From the NCBI GenBank assembly GCA_009914755.4, contig CP086569.2, forward strand, positions 5,888,001-5,952,000: 64,000 bases of DNA, read 5' to 3'. The notes under the pieces were generated by a model, which was not told the origin of the DNA, did not search any database, and saw only the letters and a list, made by a program, of their open reading frames with translations. The position numbers were made by a program, and so were the translations under genes. This document shows, in pieces, positions 43,090 to 56,700 of the stretch. The DNA comes from the human T2T-CHM13v2.0 reference genome, Homo sapiens. Position 1 is the first letter of the stretch. Each line of letters starts with the position of its first letter.

Positions 43090-44520
43090 AACACCACCCC
43101 AACCATTGGAGTCATTACCTCTGTGGGGTCTGCTTTTCAGATTTCATATAAGAATGAGGTCACGTGCTATTTGCCTTTCTGATACCTGGCCTATGTCACT
43201 AAAGAAAATGGCATGGACGCATTCAGCGGATTCACACGTATTGTCACAAGTGGCAGGATTTCCTTATTTATTACTGCAGTGCATTTTTCCATTGTGCATA
43301 TGTGTTTTTGCCCCATTTTTTTAATCCACTTATCAATTGAGGGACACTCAGGTTGCTTCCGTGTTTTGGCTACAGCAAAAATGTAAAGAGTGCAGCAATA
43401 ATTGCATGGGTGCATACACTGCTTCAACATACTGATTTGTGTACTTGTGGGTGTGCCCCAGTATTCTGATTTGCTGGATCACATGATGGGTGGTTCTACT
43501 TGTAGAGTTCTGAAGGCTCTATACTTAAATAAAAGCCATAAAGCTTCTTGTAATGCCTGCACTAAATTACATTCTCACCAAAAGTGCACAAGGATTTCCT
43601 TTTCTCCTCATCCTCACCAGAAATGAGGGTTTTTTGTTTGTTTGTTTGTTTGTTTTGTCTTTTGGATAATAGGTATTCTGACTGAAGTGAGAAGAAATCT
43701 CATTGTGTTTTTGATTTGCATTTTCCTGATGGATTAGGGATGATGAGTGCTTTTTAGTGTGTCTTCTGGGCAACTGTATGTCTTAGTTTCACAGATGAAT
43801 ATTCACATCCTTAATCCATTTCTTTTCATGCTATTGATTGTTGGGAGTTCCTTATGTACTGTGAATATTCACCCATTAACAGATGTATAGTGATCCAATA
43901 ATTTCTCCCATCCTGTAGGATGTCCCTTCCATCTGTTTAGTTTTCTGTGGTGTGCCAAAGCACTTTAGTTTGATATAACCCCATTCTCTGTTTTTGATGG
44001 TGTTTACTGTGCTCTTGCAGTCACTTTGAGACCATCACGGCCCACACAGATGGCCATGGAGCTTCTTCCTTGTGATTTCTTCTGGTAATTTTATTGTTTC
44101 AGATGCGACACTGGAGTTTGGTGATAAATAATCCACCTGTAAAATCCTTTATGTGGCTCTTCAGATTTCCCCAACCTAGTTTATAGAAGATACTTGATTT
44201 TGCACTGGACGTTCTTGCTTCTTTGGGAAAAGGCTGTGAGCTGCAAATGGAGTGACTTAGTTGTGGGCTTTTATTGTTTTTCCTAAGCTCTAGTCTCTGC
44301 TTTTCTGCCAGTGCTATTGTATTTTGATACACAAAGCTTTGTAGTAGTATATCATGAAGTTAGGTAGTGTGGTGGCTCCAGCTTTGTGCTTTTTACCGGA
44401 TTGCTCTGGGTTTTCAGGATCTTCTGCCATTTCATAGCAAATTTAGGATTCTCAGATGGTTTTTCTAAGAAGAATGGGTCATTGATATTTTTACAGGGGT
44501 TGTATAGAATCTGAGGATGA
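43090..44520 (-). mobile_element. Old L1 (L1M-type) ORF2 C-terminal/3' region, antisense
   Basis: Minus ORFs 43191..43430 (...TRKQPECPSIDKWIKKMGQKHICTMEKCTAVINKEILP, cf. L1 ORF2p [31 protein letters not shown]) and 43567..43773 (KKHSSSLIHQENANQKHNEISSH, cf. [21 protein letters not shown]). Antisense L1M motifs gattagggatgatgagtgctttttagtgtgtcttctgggcaactgtatgtct are present. Confidence 0.8.
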
Positions 44521-44587
44521 CTCAGGTAGTAGTGATGTCAATGCCGTTTAGACAATGTGTGTGTTTGTGTGCACATGCTCAGGGCCA

Positions 44588-46022
44588 AGAGACACTGGGT
44601 GTCCTCACCAATACTGAGGTGGGCCTGAATGTCCAGCCAGATTGCCTTCTGGAAACACACAGAAGGTCCCGTTCCATTTTGCCATCTCTTCACATTTCCT
44701 CCCCTGTGAGCCCTGTGTGGTCCTCCAGATTCCCTGTGCAGTGGCCTGCCTATTTGGGGGGTGGGGAGTTGCTGGGTGAATGAGGATGGCGGAGGGGACC
44801 AAGCATGTCAGGGGAGCGTGGTGTCATCCAAACGGGACGTAGCAGGCCTGGGAGAGCCATTCTGGGAGGACGCAGACCTAGAGAGGCCTCAGGTAGGCAT
44901 CTGTGTGGAGGGTGAGAGAGCCCTGGTTGATCCCAAACTGAACCCCAGGTAGTAGCAAGCCTCAGGACAGGGAAGGAGCTAGCAAGGGATGATGAGGCAG
45001 CTATCTCTTCATCCTGGCTTCCCACCCATTGACCTTAGCTACTTATGCCTATTAAGTGGATTAGGGTTCCCCCATCATGAAATGTGGGTACTACAGTTCC
45101 CTGATGGGCCTTTCTCCACCAGCCCATGATGGCCTGAGTTTGCTTACTGCAGTCTCCTCCCTGAGCCTTGGCTTCTCTATGTGTGTCCTAACTCCAGGAC
45201 CCACAGGCCTGTCAACCCCCAGCCCTGGGCTGCTTCCCTGGCCTCTTCTCTGTTCCCTCTCTGAGGGCCTAACTCCCTTGCATAGTGCTGCAGAATATTG
45301 AGCCACAGGCCCTGGCTGATGATCTGGGGGACTGGGCAAAGTGTTCATCACAGGTCAGGTTCTGGTTCAAAGCCAGTTCTTCCGATGCCAAAGAATGACC
45401 AACAGGGTCATTTCTCATGACCCCCCATAGCCACCTCACCTCAGCAATCCTGCCATACCCTGGACAGTCACAGTAAATCAACCAACTGAAGAAGCTCAGT
45501 TAGGCAGTGCTCTGCCTGAAACTGGGGCCTTCACCTGCATGACCCTAGAACCACTGGACTGCAGTGGAGCCAGTTGCCCTGTATCCTGGAGGGAGAGAAT
45601 TCAGAAAGGCTCATGCCAGGCCCAGCTTCCCACATACCACTCCCTCTACCATGCGGGGAGGCGCTCCTCATTGCAGATGCCAATGCAATACTCCTTAGTG
45701 ATCACTTCAATGCAGAAGTAAATGTTGTGATGAAAGGCAAATTTCTTCCTACCACTTGTTCTCAGGATGGCTGAGTTCTTCCACCTGCCTGTCTGAGAAG
45801 GAGAAAGAGATGGTCAAGGGACAATTTCATCTAGGTGGGCTGAGGTGGCCTGCTAGCTGGGGTGAAGCATGTGTTTCCCCTTCCCAGCTCTCCCACTGAG
45901 ACACCCCTGAGTCCCAGGAGGACCTCAAACTGACCAGGACCTTAGCACCCTCCCCTAGAACCAGGCTTTCCATCCTGACCTGCAAATCCAACATGCAGCT
46001 TTGAAGGACTTTCTCATGGTTT
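44588..46022. repeat. Direct repeat copy 2 (~1.45 kb); partner at 34368-35875
   Basis: See copy 1. Same orientation, start-to-start spacing 10,220 bp. It lacks a ~70-bp segment present near the start of copy 1. Confidence 0.8.
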
Positions 46023-48082
46023 CAGAGATACTTCCTCTCACCAGAAATAATCAGAACTTTTAAACTGTTCTTTATGCCAAATTAAATTTTTCATTTGTAC
46101 TACCTCATGTTTTGGATGAGGCATGTATTTTTAAATTTATTTTCGCCCTTATTGTACCTCTGTGATAAACTGCTTACTTACATCCATACCATAATTATCT
46201 TTCAGTGTTATTGTCTGTTCCTAAAGATTCACTGAAACTAAGAATTCTATTTATGCTTGTATCTTTCAGCAACCATATGTGAGATAATGATGCACATTAC
46301 TGCAGACATCACAGATACAGGTCCAAAGGGAAATGAAGAAGAAGAAGAAGAAAGCAAGCTTTAAAGTCTATACATTCCTAACACTGTATCAGAAACTCAC
46401 CAATAACATGAAATCAAAGAATGATAACAGCAAATTCCATTTCATACCTAGACTGAAATATGAAACTTCAAAAGAAAAGAAAGTTAAGAACTTTGGGTTT
46501 GTAAAAATTTTCCTATATAGATAAAATTATTGGTAACTTTGTATCACTAGAAAACATAAACGAAAATCCATGTTTTGCATATTTGTAAATATAAATGTTT
46601 TTATTTCCATCAGTTATGACATGCAAGCAAGTAATAAAGTGAAAGTACATTACAATGATATATGGAACTTTCTCAGTCTCAAAATATTCCATTGAGACTA
46701 TTAATTTTATGAAAACCACAAAGAATGCTTCATGCAACTATATTATACAGTACTTTTTAGTATTTTACTTACATTTTAAATAATTAACAAAGGGAATTCT
46801 TCAACATTATTTATTACAAATACCATTATTTTCCTTGAGTAATACTGTTGAAATTAAGTATTTTAAATAAAATATTAAAAACAAATTATATTGACTGATT
46901 TCAGCTTTGGATGAAATCATGCTTGTGTATTTGTAGTAATGTGAAGTATAACTTTCTCCTCACAATTAATCTTTCATAACACCAGTGTTATTGTTTTCTC
47001 TGACAACAACATTGTGATATCTCACAGCTTTACTGTACATATACACTACATGCCTCCAGAGAGTAGGCTTCAAACATATGGAAAAATTATATTTGTGACA
47101 AAATTCTAGGAAAGGGAATGGTAAAATGGGAGAATAATTTCTAACTTTCTAACTGTTGATCAATGGATTTGTGTATATTTAGATATAGACACATATTTGC
47201 ACACTGTGAGTTTGCCCATGTACATATACATTTACAAGAGATACCTATAATATGTGGGTTGTGTAATCTTTTAATTAATCCACAATTGTATATGTGTGAA
47301 ATTTGATAAGCGGTTACCTTTTCTATACTCAATTTGATGGAAAGACAAAAAAATCTCTGTCAACATTCATTTCAATTAATCCAATACTGTTAACTGCTGA
47401 TAGCTTCATTCTCCTTGTTCTCTTTTGGCAACCTGAAAGTTAATTCTCACTCTAATTCAGCTCTCAGGGTGCAATCCAGAAGACAGTGTTATCTTGCTAT
47501 GGATTGTGACCTCTGACTCCACCTCTTTCTTCCTAGAGCAGTCCTACCTTTGCATATTTAATAAACTTTGTACATGGTTAAATGGATAAAAGTTCAGTGA
47601 AATGTCAAGCCATGCTGTGAAATGTTCCATTATTTCTGTATCTCTAAGTGTCCTTTCATGTTATAGAGGCAAGAAAAATAATTCAACGTGTTTCTTAGTA
47701 TCCAGTCCAATGCACTCTTTCTTACTAATATGCCAAACCTATCCCTTCAAGGCCCTGACATCTAAACATGGCTGGATGTCTCAAAATCTCTTCTTGTTAA
47801 TAACCATTATGTTAATCACTGTTGCCCAGAACTGGAATTCAACTGTGAAATCCCCTGGTGGCAATTTCTGTAATGGCTCAAACTATGGGAATGACTATTT
47901 TTTACCTGAAAATACCTGATGAGCATATACATATGCTATGTACATGAACATATTGTACATTAACAACATACCTTCACTGCCAGTAAATAATAGGTGAGCC
48001 AAACTGAGCTCAGGTGCTCCCACAAACCAAGCTTTTTCCTCCACAGATTTCTTTTTATGTCAAAAAAAAAAAAGCAACTCCA

Positions 48083-48712
<630 letters not shown>

Positions 48713-48819
48713 AGGTGAATAGAACAAAAAACAATTAGAAAAATAATACCCACTGCTAAAGTTTGCCACAGAAAAGATTAAACATTTCACCAACTTCTAT
48801 CTTCTGTAATGGAAGCCAA

Positions 48820-49800
48820 AGTTATTTGGACCAACCCTCCTGTCTTAGTTAATTTTCACGCTGCTGATAAAGACATACCTGAGACTGGGAAGAAAAGGAC
48901 GTTTAATTGGACTTACACTTCCACATGGCTGGGGAGGTCTGAGAATCATGGTATAGGAATAAAGGCACTTCTTACATGGCAATGCCAAGAGAGAATGAGA
49001 AAGAACCAAAAGCGGAAATCTCTGAAAAACCCATCAGATCTCTTGAGACTTATTCACTATCACAAGAATAGCATGAGAAAGACCAGCCCCCATGATTCAA
49101 TTACCTCCCCCTGGGTCCCACCTGCAACACGTGGGAATTCTGGGAGATACAATTGAAGTTGAGATTTGAATGGAGACACACCAAACCATGTCACTTCCCA
49201 AACCATTAAAAATTCCCAGTGGAAGAAACATTAATTATATCAAAAAGTGGTGGACCAAGAAGGAACTATTAGCCTCATATCTCAAGAAAGGCTCTAGTCA
49301 AGGCCTAGGGACTACTCAGGAAAAGAGTTTAATAGCCAACTCTCTCCCAGTGGATCTGGATTCCACCAGACCGTATCTTCACAGTAATGGTGAAACAGAA
49401 GTAAACCCATTCCTATTTCCAAGCTCAAGGAACTTTGGTCAAAGTTCTCTTGGAGCTGAGCAGAAGAAGGAGGCAAACAGAAACAATTTGTGTCCCTGAG
49501 AAGTCATGGCCACAGGCTGGCTATCACACAGATTGTCAAGCCAGTTCCATATTGCATGGGTATTATAGAAAATCTCAAAACATAAATTTGTGTGTGGGTT
49601 GTCCTAGAGTAGCAGGATCGGGCAGAAGCAAATTTCCTTCTAACTCTCAAAGAACCCACATAAATCTTGTTACATTTGGGATTTTACCATTTGTTTCACG
49701 AATGAGAATGGACTTTAGTTTTCATATCTTTTTATCTACTCAGTTTATGTCTTGTTGGCTTCAAAGTCCTGCTTGCCTCACAGAATAAGTTTAGGATTTT
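48820..49800 (-). mobile_element. MaLR THE1-type 3' LTR (48820-49195) plus partial internal region (49195-49800), antisense
   Basis: ttttcacgctgctgataaagacatacctgagactggg is the reverse complement of the THE1 LTR 3' end. The other LTR end reads ...cccacctgcaacacgtgggaattctgggagatacaattgaagttgagatttgaatggagacacaccaaaccatgtca. The ORF 48809..49156 is LTR-derived. Confidence 0.75.
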
Positions 49801-49899
49801 CCCTTTTTTATTTTATAGAATTCTTCATATATATTGAAATGCTCTGCCTGGGGAAAAAATCTGAGCCTATTGTTTTGTCTCTAGGAACAATCCTTTATT

Positions 49900-50100
49900 T
49901 CCTTGAACATTTATGAGACTATTCAGATTATATATGTCTTCTTATATCAATTTTACCAAGCTATATACATAGATTATATTTATCTTTATATATTATATAT
50001 AAATATAAGATGTAAATATAAAAAATTAAATATGAAAATATATATAGAAAGCTATATATATGTCTATATATATAGACAGATTATAAATATCTGTCTATTT
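49900..50100. repeat. AT-rich low-complexity / (TATA)-like simple repeat
   Basis: tatatacatagattatatttatctttatatattatatataaatataagatgtaaatataaaaaattaaatatgaaaatatatatagaaagctatatatatgtctatatatatagac. Confidence 0.8.
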
Positions 50101-51094
50101 GATCTAAGTTTTCAAATTTGTAGGATGAAGTGTTAATCATATTTCCTTATTAGCTTCTTAATCTATACTGTATCTATAGTTATGTATCTTTTAAATTCTT
50201 AGTTTTATTTGTGCTTTCTCCCTTTTTATCTAAACTTGCCTGAGGTTTGTACCATTTACTATATTTCTCCAACAACCAAAAGTTAGCTTTGTATGTTTTA
50301 CTAATTTTCCCTGCATCATTATCCCCTCACTTTAGTTTTTCAGAATTGATGCTGCTGTTTCTTTTCTAATACTTTATTTAAATATCTAGTACATTAATTT
50401 TCAAGTTGTCATAGAAACATTTGTCTATAAACTCCTATTGTAATATCACTTTTCCTGCTATTCACAAATTTAATCTGTAATAATTTCAGTATCATTAAGT
50501 TCTCAGTACGCTTAAATTTCTATTATGATAACCATGAATTGCTGAGAAATAGTGGTTATAATTTTGTTGCTCAATTTCCACTTAATTTTATTTTAACTTG
50601 TGCTAATTCAATTGAAAATTCTTTACTAATTTTTTTAAATCTCATATCAAGACTTTTATTCACATGAATTGTTCTATAAATGCTCCCACCTTGAAGAACA
50701 CTCTCTTGTAGGCTGCTGCAACAGTCTGACTGGTTGCCCTCTAGGCCTCATTCAATTGTCTCATCCTAGGAATTTCATTCATTACCCTTTTACGAATTTA
50801 TCTCTCTCTTTTGTTCTGTCTCTTATTTTCTGCATTTCACATATTTGTCTGTCTTGGTTTACTTCTTCCTTTTGGTAGGAAAAAAATCTCTAGCAGTTTC
50901 CTGAGAAAAGCTTCACAGGGAGACAAAATTTTACAGTTGTCATATGTCTGAAAAATGTATGTTTTCTACTTGTATATTTGATTTTAGTCTATGTGGAAAC
51001 AAAAACATATGTCAGAAATTATTTTCTTTTAGAATTTTTAAAGCATAACTGTAATCCATTGCCTTCAGGTTTATAGTGATGGTGTTGATTTTTT

Positions 51095-51412
<318 letters not shown>

Positions 51413-52085
51413 TGTTGACAATTTTTAAATCATCTGATTCCTCATCCTTTGTACCTGACCTATTTTTACCTCTCTGGAAACTTATGCAATTTTCTCTTTG
51501 TTCTCAGTGTTCTCAAATTTTACATTGATATATCTTGACATGAGTCTATTTTCATCTATTTTGCTAGGTGTTCACCTTTTAATCTATAAATAAGCATCCT
51601 GAAGTTCTGAGACTTTTTAATTATTTTGCCAACAATTTATTCCCCTGTGTTTTACTTATTTATTTTATTTCTATAACTCATATAATTAAAATAATTGGAA
51701 GAAATTATATTGGAGAAGAAGATAGCACCACACTGATTGTGTTTGTGTCAGACTATCACAGCTCAAGGTTGTCATATTTTATTAAGGAGAAATGTTGTAT
51801 TTCTTGGTATTCACATTGTAACCTGAAGAAGGGCAATGACTGTCAAAAATTTAAATGTATGGGTAATAGTTAGAAGATGCAAGCACTGTATCCTCCAGAA
51901 TTTTAGCATATGCAAACCTTTAAATTCCAGGCAAGTTGACTTAAGCTTCAACATTCTGCCAGCTAAAATGAATCCATTTGTGCTAATTTCTGTGATCAAA
52001 GGTGAATAAGACATTGTTCCTGCCTTCAGTGATAGCTCAGTCCAAAGGGAGACAAGTAGAAATGGTATAAAACGAGCGATACTAG

Positions 52086-52388
52086 TCTGCATGTAGTGGC
52101 TCACGCCTATAACCCCAGCACTTTGGGAGGGCAAGGCGGGAGGGTCATGAGGTCAGGAGATTGGGGCAATCCTGGCTAACATGGTAAAACCCCATCTCTA
52201 CAAAAAATTAGCCAGGCATGGTGGGAGTACTTGGGAGAATACTTGGGAGCCTCCCAGCTACCAGGGAGGCTGAGGCAGGAGAACTGCTTGAACTCAGGAG
52301 GCAGAGTTTGCAGTGAGCCAAGAACACGCCACTGCACTCTGGCCTAGGCAAAAGAACAAGACTCTGTCTCAAAAAAAAAAAAAAAAAC
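52086..52388 (+). mobile_element. Alu
   Basis: ctgcatgtagtggctcacgcctataaccccagcactttgggagggcaaggcgggagggtcatgaggtcaggagattggggcaatcctggctaacatggtaaaaccccatctctacaaaaaattagccaggcatggtgg...ggaggctgaggcaggagaactgcttgaactcaggaggcagagtttgcagtgagccaagaacacgccactgcactctggcctaggcaaaagaacaagactctgtctcaaaaaaaaaaaaaaaa. Confidence 0.9.
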
Positions 52389-52873
52389 AAACAAAAAAAA
52401 GGAGAGTAATATGTAAAGTGTGCTATAAAAACTGAGAAAAGGGACAGAATATCTGTGACAGATAACTTGTTTCGGGCAGTGGGAAATGAGGAGGTCTGTG
52501 TATGCCTTCACTGTGTCACATTTGATTACAGGCAGAAATAAATGAATCTTAATATTTATGGGGTCACAGACCCTTTTTAAAAATGATGAAATTTATGATA
52601 ATTCTTTCAATAAACATTTATAGAACATACATATATATTTTGCTTACTAACTCAGAATGTGCATCAAGAGCTCTGGATATAGGAGAATGAGTAGAAATAT
52701 TTTAGGCAGAAAAGAAGGGAAGGGGAGTCCAAACAGAGGAAACAGCCTGTGTCAGAGCCTGGAGACAAAAAAGCTTGTGCATTATTGGAATCAAGGTGAC
52801 TATAAGATAATTCAGGGTGACTGGAGCATAGCTGGAAGATGAACCAGTCATGGTATAAGATGAAAACAGAAGG

Positions 52874-53345
<472 letters not shown>

Positions 53346-53507
53346 AATGAAAATAGAACATAAGTAGATATCCAGAGATAAGGCATGAAGTATCTCAAAT
53401 ATCAGTCATGCACTTTGTTTACTCAGAGACAACACCAGGATTGATTAAAATTATGCACATCATGTCAACCCTCTTCTAAATGTTAACAAATATAACTGGA
53501 ACAGTTA

Positions 53508-53539
<32 letters not shown>

Positions 53540-53720
53540 TACGTGTGTGTGTGAGAGAGATGGAGTTTCACTCATATATATATACATACACACATATATG
53601 TATATATGTGTGTGTATACATAAATGTATATATGTGGGTGTGTGTGTATATATATATATGAAAGAGTGAAACTCCATCGCTCATACACACACACACAGAC
53701 ACACACACATACATATATGC
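53508..53720. repeat. Compound (CA)n/(TA)n/(GT)n microsatellite with an embedded ~15-bp inverted repeat
   Basis: atacatatatacacacacacacacacacacatacgtgtgtgtgtgagagagatggagtttcactcatatatatatacatacacacatatatg...gtgtgtgtgtatatatatatgaaagagtgaaactccatcgctcatacacacacacacagacacacacacatacatatat. The blocks gatggagtttcactc and gagtgaaactccatc are reverse complements. Confidence 0.9.
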
Positions 53721-56700
53721 TTGGCCACTTTAATTCCTCTATAATGGAATTCTGAGCAGCATGCTTGAGGGTAAATATCAGGACCTGCAGGCAGTCAGCC
53801 TGTGCTAGAAATACTCAGTGTGTTTTTTCACATTATACACTTTCATCTTCTGAGTGTACTGCCTGAGGCTATTGTTCTCTTCATATCTTGCAGATCTTTC
53901 TGGGGAAAAGGCAACATGCATCAACAGGTTTTTTGCTAAGGGTCTTCTAATTAATTGGAGGACTTTTCAGTTGAAAAATATCTAAGGACAAGATTTTTTC
54001 TCTTTTGGCTCAGGAAACTGCAGGCATCAGTTGCACACCAATATTTAACTGTAACACAGCTATTAAGTCATATCCATTGCCTTAAACAAAATGTACAGAA
54101 TTCAGTATTTTTAGTTACACCAAACACTATATAGGGTTTGCAGTTAATCATTTTTATATTCTATATTCTCTTTGATATTGAACATAGAACTTCAAGAAGA
54201 GGGTCACACAATGATTTATTCAGCAAATATTTATAGAGTTGTGTGTATCAAAAACTGTGGTAAGTGCTGAGATTAGAAAACATACCATGTATCTGCTTTC
54301 AACATGTTCTCATTCTATTAAATGTTGTAATAACACAACATTGAGTCCTAAAAGTGTCAAAAGAGAAGTACACACAAAAAAAGAGCTAGGCAAATACATT
54401 ATGACAACTTAGAGCTGGTGTCAGTTAAAGACAGATCTTCAAGGAGCATAAATGCCAGGAAAGAAAGTTTAGAACAAACTGTCTACATAAAGGCAAGTTT
54501 TTTTTGTTATTGTTTTTTCATAGGAAAATAAGATCTGAGTTTCACGAAGGTTATAAGACTAACTGCAATATATAGGATGGGTTGAAGATCAGCAAGAGAA
54601 ACAGAAGGTGAGTTATGAGTTTTATTAAGTGGTTCAACTAATAGCTGATGGTGGCCTGGGCAAGGAAAGTGGAAGAAAGGACTGGAAGAAAGAGGCAGAT
54701 GCAAGAATCATTGCAAAGATAAAATGCAAAAGTCTTGGAATGAGTTTTCAAGTTGAGGCTAGTAAAAAATATTGTGGGATTCTTGGCATTCATCTATCCA
54801 TCAAATTATTCAATGAATCTTTATTAAGATTCAAGATTATTATTGATCTTCATTATTATTTGAGATTATTAAATTTATTATTCACTGAATAATAAATATT
54901 CAATGAATATTTAATACTATGCAACAAGCACTGTGCTGGGTTCTGGAGGTACAGCAATGAATATGGGGTTAATGGTCCCTGACTTCTTTAAGCTTTATGT
55001 ACAGGGAGAGACAGATAATAAATAAAAGTCACAAGCAATTGTAAATGCTGTGAAGGAAACTTTGGGATGCTGAAAGAGAGTAACAGACGGTAGTGATGGT
55101 TGGTATAACAGACAGAACTATTGGATTTTGGGAACTAAGTGAAGCTTTCTCCAAGGAATTCCTATTTGATATATCAGAAAGAGCAACCATTGCAAAAGAG
55201 TGAGAAAACAGCTGCCAACTCTCTAGAATAGGACAATTTTGGCATAGTTCTGTGTTTGAAGAAAAGAGAGTTGCTAATGTGCAGAATAATGCTGAGAATT
55301 TGAGTAAGAGGAAAATGGTAAAGTAACCAGTGGTTTTAATAATACAGATGGGAATGCTGTCCTTGATAAAAGTAGTTCCAGTGGAATGAGACCAAAACCA
55401 AATTGAACTGAACTGAAAAGCCAGTGGGAAGAAATGAGAGAAGTGGGTACAGCATGCTTAGTGGAGAAAAGTAATGAAGGGGTAGGCGGCAGGGGCTTAA
55501 ACAATGGGAAAAATTCTAATTTATAAAAGCAATATAAGAATTTAGATCACAGTTGTATATGTATACTGAGCTGGTAGAGATAGAGGGATTAACGTACATG
55601 AGAAAATAAAATTGAGAGCAGTGGATTTTTGTTTCTAGCACCTACAGTGCACTCTCACCTTGCCTGTGAGTTGGATAAATGGCTGAAAGCTGATTCTTTT
55701 TCAAAGTTGATTTCAATTTGGGAAAGAAGGGAGTAGGGAACAAAATGACATTGTAAACTGGATAGCAAAATAAGGATATTGAGTACATAGAGGAAGAGCT
55801 CAGGCACAAGAAGATCTTGTTCCTCAAACCACATGCTGCCTACTTTCTCATCTAGCTTCACATTAGCCCTACTCCAATTTCCAAAAGAACAATGATTGTT
55901 TCATTTAATCTAACCAAGAGCATTTTACACATCCTACCATATACATCTGTCATCTCAAAGAGGAAAGAGTATTTTAAGACTACAAATAAAAATAATGTAA
56001 TATTAAATTAAAATCAAGTAACAAATCTAGCTTCATTGAAAATCTGTCTATAATGATATCTTATTTTTTTTAAATTCTGCCGTGGAGTAGTGAAAATATT
56101 ATCCCAGTCTTGTGTCTGTCTGGAAATCAGTATTGGGAAATCACTAGAGTGATTGCTTTATGAAATCACTTCCTATTCAAATTCTATAATTCAGTTAATA
56201 ATTACAAAACATATCATATTTGAAGTAAAATAATTTCCTTTTTTATCTTCCATTCAAATATATCACAAATAACTCTTTCTTTCCAAGTCATCTTTGCAGT
56301 TCTTTCACCTATATAGGGATCTAAAGCAACACTTTGACACTCTCATCCATTTCAAAAGTCTCGTCTCCCAACTTTTCAGAGCCCACAGCATTTACAATAA
56401 ACATATCTCTCTGCACAGAAGATAATAGCTGGTTCTACGTTATCTGTCAGCCTAAATGTTGATTAAGACCTCAGTAATCACACTCCACCCTGCACAGATC
56501 TAAAATCACAAAATGCAGATTAATTCATGAGAACAGAAGGAAAGAATTGAAAGAAAAATGCTGTCTTGCTCAAAGAAAGGAAAACACAAAAGAAGTCCCA
56601 CTGCCTGCCTCATTTGGATATTTTTATTTTTAAAGTGTTCAAGCATCCTAGTATTTTTTTCATCACCCTTAAAGAGACAATTAAATATTGCATCAAATAG

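Noticed and set aside
34368-46022. Interpretation as an active TSPY tandem array (DYZ5-like periodicity)
   Set aside because: Only the 1.5-kb bracketing repeats recur. Sequence downstream of the second copy (46.0-48.0 kb) is unrelated to sequence downstream of the first, and no second TSPY copy appears at the 10.2-kb or 20.4-kb offset.
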